Assembly: GCA_050253415.1 (NCBI GenBank)
Contig: JBFWJC010000001.1
Span: 1,640,679 to 1,704,678 of the forward strand
Length of the DNA: 64,000 bases
Origin: Pedobacter sp.
GTDB taxonomy: Bacteria > Desulfobacterota > Desulfuromonadia > Desulfuromonadales > Syntrophotaleaceae
Direction: 5' to 3'
The notes under the pieces were generated by a model, which searched no databases, had not been told where the DNA came from, and worked only from the letters and a program-made list of their open reading frames with translations. Shown here one piece after another: positions 1-10,107 of this stretch; position 1 is the stretch's first letter; each line of letters starts with the position of its first letter. Both the position numbers and the translations under genes were made by a program.

Positions 1-705
1 CGGGGCAAGATCGACGTGTTTATCAACGTTGAGAATAATGCCTGTGGGGGACGCGTGCCGGTTCTCAATAAGGAACTGGCCGCAGCCTATATGAGCCTGT
101 TTCGCCAGATGCGCGATGAATTCGGCCTGGAGGGGGGGATTTCTGTCGATCTACTTGCCGGGCAAAAGGAAGTCGTCACCCTGGCAGAAGGGGAGCCGGA
201 TGAAGAGGTCGTCGGCAGTAGCCTGAAGGACGCGTTGGTAAAAGCGCTGACCGCCATGGAAAATATGCGGCAGGTCGAAGGTCAAGCCACTTGCCAGGAT
301 ATGGATGAGTACCTCGGGCATATCGAGTCCTTATTGGTCTCTGCACGCGAACGAGCTCCGCAGGTTCCCCTGGAGTGGAAGGATAAGCTCATGGAGCGCC
401 TCGCACGGTTGGGTAATGGCTTTGAGGTCGACCCCCAACGGCTCGCCCAGGAAATAGCCGTGTTTGCGGACCGCTGCGATATTTGCGAGGAACTGACACG
501 CTTTGCCAGTCATATTGAACAGTTCAGAGGGTTGTTCAGTGTGGAGGAAGCGGTAGGCCGGCAGATGGATTTTATTCTGCAGGAAATGAATCGCGAAGCC
601 AACACCATGGGCTCCAAGTCGAATGATTTGGAACTGACCCGCATGGTCGTCGCCATGAAGGCCGACCTGGAAAAAATCCGGGAGCAGGTACAGAACATTG
701 AATGA
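1..705 (+). CDS. yicC: YicC/YloC family endoribonuclease (5' truncated by window edge)
   Basis: Frame open from base 1 (RGKIDV...); C-terminal GRQMDFILQEMNREANTMGSK and KIREQVQNIE motifs; directly upstream of gmk. Confidence 0.93.
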   Translation, partial: RGKIDVFINVENNACGGRVPVLNKELAAAYMSLFRQMRDEFGLEGGISVDLLAGQKEVVTLAEGEPDEEVVGSSLKDALVKALTAMENMRQVEGQATCQDMDEYLGHIESLLVSARERAPQVPLEWKDKLMERLARLGNGFEVDPQRLAQEIAVFADRCDICEELTRFASHIEQFRGLFSVEEAVGRQMDFILQEMNREANTMGSKSNDLELTRMVVAMKADLEKIREQVQNIE

Positions 706-748
706 TGTAACATCGGTGGCCCCGTCCATCGTGTCTGGGAGAGCAAGC

Positions 749-1372
749 ATGAAACGAAGCGGCATCCTGTTTGTCATATCCGCGCCGTCAGGAGCTGGAA
801 AAACCTCGCTGTGTCGTCAGATCGTTGACATTTTCCCCGATATGCGGCACTCTGTCTCATTCACCACGCGTCCTCGCCGGTCCGGGGAAAAAGACGGTGT
901 CGATTACCATTTCGTTTCGCAGGAAACGTTCGATACTATGGTTTCCGAAGGAGCTTTTGCCGAATGGGCCAGGGTTCACGGCAACTGCTATGGAACATCC
1001 CTTGCGACATTGCAGGAGGCCCACGAAAATGGCCTCGATGTGCTTCTCGATATCGATTGCCAGGGGGCGGCGCAGCTCAAACGTGCCTGTCCTGACGGGG
1101 TGTTTATTTTTATTTTGCCGCCAAGCTTTGAAGAGCTTGAACGGCGTCTGCGTGGACGCAACACAGATTCCGCCGAAGTTATTGCCCGGCGTTTGTCCAA
1201 TGCCCGGCGTGAAATCAGGGAATTGGTCTGGTATGATTACCTTATCGTGAATGACGATCTGTCGATCGCGGTGGAAGAATTTAAAGGAATTATTCTGGCA
1301 GAGGGATGCCGCGCCGTGCGTTTAAAAGACGAGGCCATCCGCCTGTTCGGAATCGATATGCAGGACAATTAG
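749..1372 (+). CDS. gmk: guanylate kinase
   Basis: ISAPSGAGKTS P-loop, SFTTRPRRSGEKDGVDYHF, LDIDCQGA; ATG at 749 after GGGAG. Confidence 0.97.
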   Translation: MKRSGILFVISAPSGAGKTSLCRQIVDIFPDMRHSVSFTTRPRRSGEKDGVDYHFVSQETFDTMVSEGAFAEWARVHGNCYGTSLATLQEAHENGLDVLLDIDCQGAAQLKRACPDGVFIFILPPSFEELERRLRGRNTDSAEVIARRLSNARREIRELVWYDYLIVNDDLSIAVEEFKGIILAEGCRAVRLKDEAIRLFGIDMQDN

Positions 1373-1434
1373 ACGGTCGCTTGTTATTTAGCGATCTCAT
1401 TTAACGATTTTTACATGAGAAGGACACGAAGCCT

Positions 1435-1641
1435 ATGGCCAGAATTACTGTCGAAGATTGCCTCAAGCAAGTTCCCAACCGCTTTTTGCTGGTCATGGTA
1501 GCTGCCAAGCGTACCAAACAGCTTTACAAGGGGGCCAAGCCTCTGATCGAAAACAAATCCAATAACAAACGGGTGGTGCTCGGTCTGCGCGAGGTTGCCG
1601 CCGGGAAAGTTGATTACGAGATTCCCGCCCGTAAAGGTTAG
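1435..1641 (+). CDS. rpoZ: RNA polymerase omega subunit
   Basis: [10 protein letters not shown]...[12 protein letters not shown]; gmk-rpoZ-rel synteny. Confidence 0.97.
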   Translation: MARITVEDCLKQVPNRFLLVMVAAKRTKQLYKGAKPLIENKSNNKRVVLGLREVAAGKVDYEIPARKG

Positions 1642-1646
1642 GCTCC

Positions 1647-1678
1647 AGGCCGGGCTCCCAGGGCCCGGCCTTGTTTTA
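1647..1678 (+). terminator. probable intrinsic terminator after rpoZ
   Basis: AGGCCGGGCT/GGCCCGGCCT stem followed by TGTTTTA. Confidence 0.55.
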
Positions 1679-1769
1679 TCCCCCAGGTTATCCGGATATT
1701 GCATAGTTCTGTATTGTTGCTTATGTGGTCAACCTGTGTAATACCGTCATTATTACCGGTGGAATCGGC

Positions 1770-3926
1770 ATGCTTCGACTAGACGATATTCTTGAAAAAG
1801 TTCAGGCCTATAATCCCCGGGCTGATGTCGACCTGTTACGCAAAGCCTACGTGTACAGTGCCAAGGTCCACCGCGGCCAATCCCGGTTTTCCGATGAACC
1901 CTACCTTAATCACAGCCTTGAAATAGCCGATATTCTTGTTCGACTCAAGATGGATGTTGCTACCATCACCACCGGCCTGTTGCACGATATTTTGCAGCAG
2001 AATTTGGCCGATCTTGATGAGTTGCAAGCCAGTTTTGGGGAGAATGTTGGCGAACTCGTGCAGAGTTTGACAAAGCTTGGACGCCTGTCCTTTACCACCA
2101 GCGAAGAACAACAGGCTGAAAACTTCCGCAAGATGCTGCTTGCCATGGCCAGCGATATCCGGGTCATTCTGGTTAAGCTGGCTGAACGCCTTCACGAAAT
2201 GCGTACCCTGGAAGGGCGCCCCGCGGAAGAGCAACGCCGTATTGCCCAGGAAACTCTCGACATCTATGCGCCTTTGGCCAATCGCCTCGGGATCAGCTGG
2301 ATGAAGTGCGATATGGAAGACCTGGCGCTTCGCTACGTATTGCCTGAGGTCTATTTTGACCTGTGTGATAAGGTTGAAAAACAGCGGAAAGATCGCGCCG
2401 GTTATGTCGAAGAGGTGCGTAAGCAACTGTGCGATAAGATGGCCCAAAATGATATAGCTGGGGAGTGTTACGGTCGCCTCAAGCATCTCTATTCCATCTG
2501 GCGAAAAATGCAGCGACAGGGTATTGAATTCGAACAGGTCTATGATCTCATTGCCTTTCGGGTCATGGTGAAAGATGTCCGGGACTGTTATGCCATGCTG
2601 GGTGTGATTCATTCCACCTGGAAACCTATCGCCAGCCGTTTTAAAGACTACATCGCCATGCCCAAGGCGAACATGTACCAGTCGCTTCACACCACGGTTA
2701 TCGGCCCCTACGGTGAGCGCATGGAGGTGCAGATCCGGACTGAAGAAATGCACCGGGTCGCCGAGGAAGGGATCGCTGCCCACTGGAAATACAAGGAAGG
2801 GCGGGGAGGTGACAGTATTGTCACCAAAGATGAGAAACAATTCGGCTGGTTGCGGCAAATGCTGGATTCTCAGCAGGAATTCACCGATACCCATGACTAT
2901 GTTGGTTCGATCCGGGGCGATTTGTTTTCCGAGGAGGTTTATGTCTTTACCCCCAAGGGCGCTGTAAAAGCGTTTCCTCGCGGCGCCACCGCCATCGATT
3001 TTGCCTACAGTGTACATACGGAGGTTGGCAATCGCTGCACCGGGGCGCGGGTCAACGGTAAGCTTGTACCTTTGAAGACCCCGCTTAATAACGGCGATGT
3101 GGTCGAGGTTGTCACCTCTCCGAACCAGACGCCCAGCAAGGACTGGCTTAAATTTGTCGTAACTTCGCGTGCGGCGAGCAAGATCCGGCACTGGGTTAAA
3201 ACCGAGCAGCGGGAAAAAAGTATCGAGCTTGGTAAAGAACTGTTTGAAAAACGCCTGCGCAAATACGGTTGCAGCCTTAAGAAAGTGCTGGCTTCCAAGG
3301 AATTCTCGCAGGCCATGCAGGACCTTGGTTACCATGCCTCCAGCGATTTGCTGGCGGGGATCGGCTACGGAAAAGTGCCTCTTGGACAGGTCGTTAGCCG
3401 TGTGGTCCCGGCAGACAAACTGCGACCGGAAGCGGAAGGTAAGGTCAAGGCTGCGGCAGTGCCGGAACCTATCCGCAAAAAACCGTCGAGTGCTATAAAA
3501 ATCCAGGGCATCGGCGATATCATGGTCCGTTTTGCCAAGTGTTGCAATCCGTTGCCGGGCGACCCTGTCGTTGGTTTTATTACTCGTGGTCGTGGCATTA
3601 CGGTACATACGATTGACTGTCCGAGTGTGCTGGAAAGTGATGCGGAGCGGCGTGTAGAGGTTGAATGGGATGTAAAGAAGAAGGCTTCGCATACGGCTAA
3701 AATTCGTCTTGCCACCGAGGACCGCAAAGGTGTGCTGGCCAGTGTCAGCAATGCTGTCAGTGCCTGTGAAGCCAATATAGCGAGTGCCAGCGTGCAACGA
3801 ACAAAAACCGAGAAAAGCCTTATCGTCTTTACCGTTGAAGTGGTGGACGTTGAACATCTCAATCGGGTGATGAATGCTCTTCACCAGGTTAAGGGTGTCT
3901 ATCAGGTGGAGCGACTGCGTCACTGA
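1770..3926 (+). CDS. rel: long RelA/SpoT homologue (HD-SYNTH-TGS-ZFD-ACT) with degenerate hydrolase motifs
   Basis: YAPLANRLG, GRLKHLYSI, RFKDYIAMPK, YQSLHTTV, EVQIRT, AAHWKYK, TGS FAYSVHTEVG, AKCCNPLPGD, C-terminal ACT; ATG at 1770. Confidence 0.96.
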   Translation: MLRLDDILEKVQAYNPRADVDLLRKAYVYSAKVHRGQSRFSDEPYLNHSLEIADILVRLKMDVATITTGLLHDILQQNLADLDELQASFGENVGELVQSLTKLGRLSFTTSEEQQAENFRKMLLAMASDIRVILVKLAERLHEMRTLEGRPAEEQRRIAQETLDIYAPLANRLGISWMKCDMEDLALRYVLPEVYFDLCDKVEKQRKDRAGYVEEVRKQLCDKMAQNDIAGECYGRLKHLYSIWRKMQRQGIEFEQVYDLIAFRVMVKDVRDCYAMLGVIHSTWKPIASRFKDYIAMPKANMYQSLHTTVIGPYGERMEVQIRTEEMHRVAEEGIAAHWKYKEGRGGDSIVTKDEKQFGWLRQMLDSQQEFTDTHDYVGSIRGDLFSEEVYVFTPKGAVKAFPRGATAIDFAYSVHTEVGNRCTGARVNGKLVPLKTPLNNGDVVEVVTSPNQTPSKDWLKFVVTSRAASKIRHWVKTEQREKSIELGKELFEKRLRKYGCSLKKVLASKEFSQAMQDLGYHASSDLLAGIGYGKVPLGQVVSRVVPADKLRPEAEGKVKAAAVPEPIRKKPSSAIKIQGIGDIMVRFAKCCNPLPGDPVVGFITRGRGITVHTIDCPSVLESDAERRVEVEWDVKKKASHTAKIRLATEDRKGVLASVSNAVSACEANIASASVQRTKTEKSLIVFTVEVVDVEHLNRVMNALHQVKGVYQVERLRH

Positions 3927-4103
3927 GGCATCGACTGGGCCAACCCCACCAAATCAAAATCGGGATCGCCATTGAAATCGGAGATTATGCTGTAGCCATG
4001 GATTCCGATTTCTGTACCGATATGATGACAGCTCCGTCCTGAAAGACAATCTCTTGCGGAACCCCCTTCTGGTTGTTTCACTCTATGGAAAGGAGTCTGA
4101 ACC

Positions 4104-4490
4104 ATGCCTATTGAATATATCGCGTCACAGCAGGCGCCTGCTGCTATTGGGCCGTATTCCCAGGCTGTGCGAGCCGGGGATTTCCTGTTTTTTTCAGGAC
4201 AGATTCCTCTTGATCCTGTAACGGGGAAAATTGTCGGACAGGATGCCGAGGAGCAGAGCCGGCAGGTATTGACCAATATTCAAGCGGTTTTGGCCGCCGC
4301 CGGGTTGGATTTTGGTAAGGTGGTCAAGACCACGGTGTATTTGACCGATATGCGGGATTTTGAGGTGATTAACCGTGTTTATGGCGAATACTTCGGGGCT
4401 GCTGCCCCAGCCAGGGCAACGGTTCAGGTGGCTGCTTTGCCAAAACAGGTTCTGATTGAAATCGAAGGAATTGCTTACGCAGGTGTTTGA
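4104..4490 (+). CDS. ridA: RidA/YjgF family enamine deaminase
   Basis: [48 protein letters not shown]. Confidence 0.95.
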   Translation: MPIEYIASQQAPAAIGPYSQAVRAGDFLFFSGQIPLDPVTGKIVGQDAEEQSRQVLTNIQAVLAAAGLDFGKVVKTTVYLTDMRDFEVINRVYGEYFGAAAPARATVQVAALPKQVLIEIEGIAYAGV

Positions 4491-4517
4491 AATCGCATTT
4501 CTGCAGAGATGAAACGC

Positions 4518-4555
4518 AACAGGGGGAAGCCGTATGGCTTCCCCCTGTTATTTTT
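4518..4555 (+). terminator. intrinsic terminator between convergent ridA and rpmB
   Basis: AACAGGGGGAAGCC-GTAT-GGCTTCCCCCTGTT followed by ATTTTT. Confidence 0.8.
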
Positions 4556-4574
4556 CATTCTGGCAAGATTGGAC

Positions 4575-4766
4575 TCAGTTGGCCTTGGTTACTGCGCCGG
4601 AACGCAGGCAGCGGGTACAGGCTTTGATAGCCTGGACTTTACCCTTGTGCAAAGCCCGTACTTTCTGAAGGTTAGGGTACCAAACCTTGCGGGTTTTGTT
4701 ATGAGCGTGGCTGACGTTATTGCCAGTGGTCGGTTTCTTACCACAGATATCACATACTCTGGACAT
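4575..4766 (-). CDS. rpmB: 50S ribosomal protein L28 (Cys-containing form)
   Basis: [34 protein letters not shown]...[16 protein letters not shown]. Confidence 0.97.
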   Translation of the reverse strand: MSRVCDICGKKPTTGNNVSHAHNKTRKVWYPNLQKVRALHKGKVQAIKACTRCLRSGAVTKAN

Positions 4767-4862
4767 GTTCTTACCTCCTGGAGATTTAGAGCGCCTATAT
4801 GTAGCATGGACAGATCGGTATTGCAACCAGTTTTTAAATTTTGAAGTGCTTCTTTTGCTCCT

Positions 4863-6125
4863 CTATTTGGCCGATGAGGTCAGTTGGTCGGCCATGGCGA
4901 ACCCCAGCAATATCTCGCTGTTGATACCTAGTCCGGGGAAAAGCCACTCGGGAATGGCTGTCAGAAGGTTGTGCCGTGGCATAGAGCAGGGCAGGCCGCA
5001 CAGTTTGATGTATCCATTGTGAGGTCGAATCCTTGCGGGCAGGGATACCTCCTCAATATCAAAATCGGTAAATGCCAAAAGTGGTTGCAAGCGTCGGGCT
5101 ACGTCCTTGCAAGTATAAGGCAGCTTTCCGGTCTGTACACCCGCCTCGATTGAATATCGTACTTCCTCTGAAAAATCGCATCTGGTCACAAGTAGAGGTG
5201 TCGCACCTGCGATAACGAAGCGTTCGGCCAGGAGGGGGGATATCGCTCCACGGATGGGCGTAGTCCTCCAGGTTTGACGTGTCGCACAATGCATTTTTTG
5301 GCGTTTTTTGGTTTTGACCGTGAAAAAGGACAATGCCTCCTGGCTGGCTAAAATGAACTGCTCAGCACGTATCTTTTTGCCATCCAGAAGGCGGATGCCT
5401 TGAAGACGTCGACCGTCCCAGTCCAGCGATTCAAGTTGGGTGAAAGCAACTTCCGTAACATGGAACTGTCTGGTTCGACGGGATAGTAGTTCTGAAAAGG
5501 TATCGCCGTTGAAAGCTTTTGGCAGGCAGGACCAGTGCCATAGAAGGGCTGCCTGAGCGATGCTGAGCATGTCAACGTCGAGCCCTGACAGACCGCAGAA
5601 AAGATCCCGCAACAGGTCATCGGCCTCATGGTTGGTGTGGCGCTCCAGGTAGCTGGACAGCGACGCACCGGGCGCGAGTCTTTCACGTGCGGGTTTCCAG
5701 CCTGCGGCAGCTAGGCGAATCTGGCCGCGTAGGCTGAACAGCGCTGAAGGGCTCTTTGCGGTGAGAGCATGAGCCAGCTTGGCGCCCCACATGTCCAGTT
5801 TTTGCAGCAGTTGGGCCGGATTTTCGCAACCGGGGGTTAATTCCCTGCGCCATTCGTCATCCAGAGGCTTGCCGGTGAGATCCAGACGGTGGTGTTTTCC
5901 TATAAGCTGCAGGTTGCCGGCGGCTTGCAATTGAGATCGATCGGTGCCGAGGATGGTGAGCAGTTTTTCCAGGTGACGACAGCAGGGCAATACGGGTGGC
6001 AAAGTGGCGGGCTGGTCATCGCCGAGCATTAAAATTCGGCGGCCGCGCCTTCCGGCAAGAAATGCCGCGATGCGAGCTGCCAGGCCGTTGCCGAAGATAA
6101 TGGCGTCAAAATGATGCGACTTCAC
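4863..6125 (-). CDS. FAD/NAD-binding oxidoreductase-like protein (phytoene dehydrogenase-like fold)
   Basis: N-terminal Rossmann-like FDAIIFGNGLAARIAA; C-terminal FPGLG motif; GTG start at 6125 inferred. Confidence 0.55.
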   Translation of the reverse strand: MKSHHFDAIIFGNGLAARIAAFLAGRRGRRILMLGDDQPATLPPVLPCCRHLEKLLTILGTDRSQLQAAGNLQLIGKHHRLDLTGKPLDDEWRRELTPGCENPAQLLQKLDMWGAKLAHALTAKSPSALFSLRGQIRLAAAGWKPARERLAPGASLSSYLERHTNHEADDLLRDLFCGLSGLDVDMLSIAQAALLWHWSCLPKAFNGDTFSELLSRRTRQFHVTEVAFTQLESLDWDGRRLQGIRLLDGKKIRAEQFILASQEALSFFTVKTKKRQKMHCATRQTWRTTPIRGAISPLLAERFVIAGATPLLVTRCDFSEEVRYSIEAGVQTGKLPYTCKDVARRLQPLLAFTDFDIEEVSLPARIRPHNGYIKLCGLPCSMPRHNLLTAIPEWLFPGLGINSEILLGFAMADQLTSSAK

Positions 6126-6175
6126 CGAAACTAGTTCCTGTCTACAGGTTGTCGAATGCAGGTCGGGGTGGGCGG

Positions 6176-6625
6176 TTAAAGGTCTTCTTCGCTCAATACC
6201 TGCAGGCCGTTGCGCTGTAATAACGCCGTGGTAACACCTTGACCCGCGACTCTTGACCCTGCACGGCAGATCCGGTGGACTCCGCAGGAAGGACTGCCTT
6301 CCTTGAACAGGACGCGGGAACATTTGGCCAGTTGGGCTACCTTCAGCGTCTCCATGGCCCCTTTGATAAAAACATCGTTCATGTCGGTTTGATCTGTGTT
6401 TATGACACAACCACGGTTGTCCAGTACGTCATGTCCGCTGCCGGTGTCAAAAAAGGTCATGGGGCGTGGGGTCGGAAGTCCTGCCAGTTGTTCGGGGCAG
6501 ACGGGGACCGGCAGCAGATTGTGGTTGCGCAGGTAGTTCAGCACCTTTTCGTTATGCTTGCTTTGCCCGTCGTAGCGGGTCGACAGGCCAAGAAGGCAGG
6601 CGCTGACCAGAATCGGTTGCGACAT
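6176..6625 (-). CDS. DUF523 / 2-thiouracil desulfidase (TudS) family protein
   Basis: VSACLLG..RYDG, PVCPEQLAGLPTPR, SPSCG motifs. Confidence 0.9.
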   Translation of the reverse strand: MSQPILVSACLLGLSTRYDGQSKHNEKVLNYLRNHNLLPVPVCPEQLAGLPTPRPMTFFDTGSGHDVLDNRGCVINTDQTDMNDVFIKGAMETLKVAQLAKCSRVLFKEGSPSCGVHRICRAGSRVAGQGVTTALLQRNGLQVLSEEDL

Positions 6626-6706
6626 GGGATGTTCCTTTTTACGGATAACAAAGCGGCCGGATCCCTGCAAAAAAGAAACCCGGCCTCTAATCGATATGCG
6701 GAGTAT

Positions 6707-7366
6707 TCAGGCCGCTGGTGGATTCAGCAGAGTCTGATTGTCTGGAATTATCGAGGGGGTGATGCGTACATGACGTCCTTCGATGCGCAGGCGTCCTTCC
6801 GCATAAAGTTGAATGGCACGCGGATAAATGCGATGTTCCTGCTCAAGAATGCGTTGCGAGAGCGTCGTTTCATCGTCATCATCCAGAACCGGAACCGCCG
6901 CCTGAATGATGATCGGGCCGCTATCAACTCCAGGATCCACAAAATGCACCGTGCAGCCCGCAATTTTAACGCCGTACTCCAGGGCCTGCCGCTGACTGTT
7001 GACACCGGGAAATGCCGGCAGCAGTGCAGGGTGGATATTCATGATGCGCTGGGGGAAGGCCTCCAGAAAAACCGGGGTGAGGATGCGCATGAATCCGGCC
7101 AATACGATCAAGTCGACTTTGGCTTTGTGCAAGGCCGCTACCATTGTCCGGTCGAAATCTTCGCGATCGGGGAACTCTTGATGGTCAACAACAACAACCG
7201 GAATGTTCGCATTGCGGGCGCGTGTCAAGGCACCGGCCTGTGGTTTGTTGCTTAAAACCAGGGCGATTTCGGCGGGCAGTAAGCCCTGCTGGCACTGGTC
7301 GATAATCGCCTGTAAGTTACTTCCGCCGCCGGACGCCAGCACGCCAAGCCGCAATTTCTTACTCAA
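6707..7366 (-). CDS. purN: phosphoribosylglycinamide formyltransferase
   Basis: LASGGGSNLQAI, LAGFMRIL, NIHPALLPAFPG, GCTVHFVD..VDSGPII; TTG start at 7366 (ATG at 7381 is an alternative). Confidence 0.96.
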   Translation of the reverse strand: MSKKLRLGVLASGGGSNLQAIIDQCQQGLLPAEIALVLSNKPQAGALTRARNANIPVVVVDHQEFPDREDFDRTMVAALHKAKVDLIVLAGFMRILTPVFLEAFPQRIMNIHPALLPAFPGVNSQRQALEYGVKIAGCTVHFVDPGVDSGPIIIQAAVPVLDDDDETTLSQRILEQEHRIYPRAIQLYAEGRLRIEGRHVRITPSIIPDNQTLLNPPAA

Positions 7367-7409
7367 AGTTTTTACCCCCATAGACAATGTTGCTCTGTCT
7401 TTCCTGTCC

Positions 7410-8462
7410 TCAGACCAGCGTAACGGTAGGTTCGCCTTCTTCAGCACTTTTGGCGATTTCACCGATAATGAAAGCGGTCTCTTTGAGGCCGGAGAGGCGT
7501 ACCATGATTTCTTCCGCTTCCGCCTCAGGCACCACCAGTACCATACCGATACCGTAGTTGAGGGTCCGGTACATTTCTTCTTCGTCGATATTGCCGGCCT
7601 TGCGCAGCAATTCAAAGATGGGGGGCTTGGGCCAGCTATCCTTGTTGATAATGGCCTGGCAGTTGTTCGGCATCATCCTGGGGATATTTTCCACCAGACC
7701 ACCGCCGGTGATGTGTGCCATCCCTTTGATCTGGAAGTCGCGCAGCAGGTTGAGGATGGTCTTGACGTAAATCCGGGTCGGGACCAGCAGTTCCTCGCCT
7801 ATGGTTTGCTCGAGCTCTTCGACTCTGGAATCAACGCTCAGGCCGAGGTGTTCAAACAACACCTTGCGTGCCAGGGAATAGCCGTTGGAATGCAGGCCGC
7901 TGGAGGCCAGGCCGATGAGGCGGTCGCCGACGGTGATGCTGGAACCATCAATGATATTGTTGTTGTCGACGATACCGACGGTGAACCCGGCCAGATCGTA
8001 CTCGCCTTCGGAGTAAAATCCTGGCATTTCCGCGGTTTCTCCGCCGATCAAAGCGCAACCGGCCTGGATGCAGCCTTCTGCTATGCCCTTGACGACTTCC
8101 TGGGCCTTTTCAGGCGAAAGCTTGCCGGTGGCCAGGTAATCGAGGAAAAACAACGGCTCGGCGCCTTGCACTACGATGTCGTTAACGCACATGGCTACCA
8201 GGTCGATGCCGACAGTGTCGTGCTTGTCCATCATGAAGGCTAGCTTGAGCTTGGTGCCGACGCCGTCGGTGGAGGCTACCAGGGTAGGTTTTTTGTACTT
8301 GTCGGCATGCAGTGAAAACAGGCCGCCAAACCCTCCGATGTCGGTGAGTACCTCCGGGCGGGACGTGGCTTTAACCAGAGGTTTGATGAGTTGTACAAAA
8401 CGGTTGCCTGCGTCGATATCAACACCGGCATCTTTATAGGTCATTTTTTTCGGGTCGCTCAA
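7410..8462 (-). CDS. purM: phosphoribosylformylglycinamidine cyclo-ligase (AIR synthetase)
   Basis: YKDAGVDIDAGN, STDGVGTKL, GGETAEMPG, SSGLHSNGYSL, HITGGG. Confidence 0.98.
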   Translation of the reverse strand: MSDPKKMTYKDAGVDIDAGNRFVQLIKPLVKATSRPEVLTDIGGFGGLFSLHADKYKKPTLVASTDGVGTKLKLAFMMDKHDTVGIDLVAMCVNDIVVQGAEPLFFLDYLATGKLSPEKAQEVVKGIAEGCIQAGCALIGGETAEMPGFYSEGEYDLAGFTVGIVDNNNIIDGSSITVGDRLIGLASSGLHSNGYSLARKVLFEHLGLSVDSRVEELEQTIGEELLVPTRIYVKTILNLLRDFQIKGMAHITGGGLVENIPRMMPNNCQAIINKDSWPKPPIFELLRKAGNIDEEEMYRTLNYGIGMVLVVPEAEAEEIMVRLSGLKETAFIIGEIAKSAEEGEPTVTLV

Positions 8463-8679
8463 GGGAACCTCTCTTCTCTTTGGTAAAAAGTATGACGCCC
8501 ATTTTTAAATCAACCCTTTTAGGTTGTCAACGGCAAAGTCCCATCTAGCTGACGATGTCTTGGCTCTTTACAGACCCGAGCCGGTGCTTTATCATTCGCT
8601 GAATATATATTTATCCGCATAGTTTAACCGTGATTTGGGGGTGCGGTTCTGTTTTTTCACCAAAAAGGAGTTTTTTTAT

Positions 8680-9144
8680 ATGTCTGCCTTTGAATCGGAG
8701 GGTTTTTCTATCCGTGCCATGCTGGCAGACGATCTTGACGCAGTCCTTGCGCTGGAAAGGCGCTGCCATGTCAGCCCGTGGTCCGCACAGCTTTTTGAAG
8801 AAGAACTGTCCAGGGATTATGCCACGGTTGATCTGTTGTGGCAGTCGGAACGACTCGTCGGGTATCTCTGCAGTTGGCAGATTTGTGATGAACTGCATAT
8901 TCTTAATGTTGCCGTAGATCCTTTGTTTCGTCGCCGCGGACTCGGAGGTCTGCTGCTCAGGCATGTTCTGGAACGCAGCGGCGCAAGCGGTTGTACACGG
9001 GCCTTGTTGGAGGTGCGTGCCGGTAACAACGGTGCCATTTGCCTTTATCAGGGGTTTGATTTCAAAATTATCGGACGCCGGACAAAATATTATCCGGATG
9101 GCGAAGATGCACTGGTCATGGAGCGAGAGATCTCCTGCGATTAG
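8680..9144 (+). CDS. rimI: ribosomal protein S18 N-acetyltransferase (GNAT)
   Basis: ELHILNVAVDP..RRRGLG, LEVRAGN..AI.LY, YYPDGEDALVM; AAGGAG RBS. Confidence 0.9.
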   Translation: MSAFESEGFSIRAMLADDLDAVLALERRCHVSPWSAQLFEEELSRDYATVDLLWQSERLVGYLCSWQICDELHILNVAVDPLFRRRGLGGLLLRHVLERSGASGCTRALLEVRAGNNGAICLYQGFDFKIIGRRTKYYPDGEDALVMEREISCD

Positions 9145-9246
9145 TTTGCCCCGTGGGGAGTCCATTCAATTTCGGTTTTTGCAATCCGGGCATTGAGTTT
9201 GTTCGCCCGGATATTTTACCAGATACCAATAACAGCGGGATAGCGT

Positions 9247-10107
9247 ATGCAGAATTACAATACAACCATCCTTTCCAATCAGGAACTTTCGCCCGGTTAT
9301 TATCGTATGCGGATTCTTGCGCCGGGTTTTGTCGCGGCCTCCAAGCCCGGGCAGTTTCTGATGATCCGGGTCAGCGGAGGTCTGGAACCGTTACTCCGAC
9401 GCCCCTTCGGGATCTTTCGTACCGGTTTTTTACCGGCGGACTGTCAAGGTTTGCCGGACAAAGAATATGTGGAGATACTCTACAAGGTCATCGGTAGCGG
9501 TACCACTATTCTCAAGGATTTGCACCAGGGCGATCGTGTGGAGTTACTGGGCCCGCTGGGCAACGGTTTCGATGTTCAGCCTGCTGCAGAGCAGATTCTG
9601 GTTGGGGGTGGTATCGGTCTGGTGCCTCTTTATATGCTGGCGCGCCAGCTGGTAAAGACCGGCAATGTCCGGTTGTTGATGGGAGGCCGCTGCCGGGATG
9701 ACATTCTGGCGGTTACCGAGTTTGAGCGCCTGGGGGTGGCCACTTACGTCTCCACGGATGACGGTTCGCTGGGTGAGGAAGGCCTGGTAACCGATGTGTT
9801 GCAGCGCAAGCTCGATAAATTTCCCCAGGCCATGGTCTATGCCTGTGGGCCCATGCCGATGCTACGAGCCGTACACGAACTCTGTGATGTCCGCAAGGTG
9901 CCGCTGCAAGTCTCTCTGGAGGCTTTTATGGCGTGTGGTGTCGGAGCCTGCCTCGGCTGCGTGGTCAAAGGTGCCGGTCATACCGAATCGGACCCGCATT
10001 ATCTTTGCACATGCAAGGAAGGGCCGGTATTCCGGGCCGATCAGCTGGAATGGGATAAGTTGGAAGCCGGACATGATGAATGCGGCTGTGAGGAGGGTAA
10101 GGCATGA
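9247..10107 (+). CDS. pyrK: dihydroorotate dehydrogenase electron transfer subunit
   Basis: [34 protein letters not shown] and CKEGPVF [2Fe-2S] motifs. Confidence 0.95.
   Translation: MQNYNTTILSNQELSPGYYRMRILAPGFVAASKPGQFLMIRVSGGLEPLLRRPFGIFRTGFLPADCQGLPDKEYVEILYKVIGSGTTILKDLHQGDRVELLGPLGNGFDVQPAAEQILVGGGIGLVPLYMLARQLVKTGNVRLLMGGRCRDDILAVTEFERLGVATYVSTDDGSLGEEGLVTDVLQRKLDKFPQAMVYACGPMPMLRAVHELCDVRKVPLQVSLEAFMACGVGACLGCVVKGAGHTESDPHYLCTCKEGPVFRADQLEWDKLEAGHDECGCEEGKA

Noticed and set aside
1836..3923. 695-aa antisense ORF over rel, and similar long antisense ORFs over nadB, purL, pyrD, pgk and the nucleotidyltransferase
   Set aside because: They mirror well-conserved genes on the opposite strand and show no protein motifs; expected shadows of codon bias.
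4518..4555. Similarity between the terminators at 4518 and 40126 as a repeat family
   Set aside because: The shared part is short and G-run dominated; convergent terminator composition explains it.
6126..6410. N-terminal extension of the 515-aa ORF, and similar extensions on purN, miaA, gap, pgk and PGM
   Set aside because: They overlap neighbouring genes or precede the RBS; starts were reset to the codon where homology begins.
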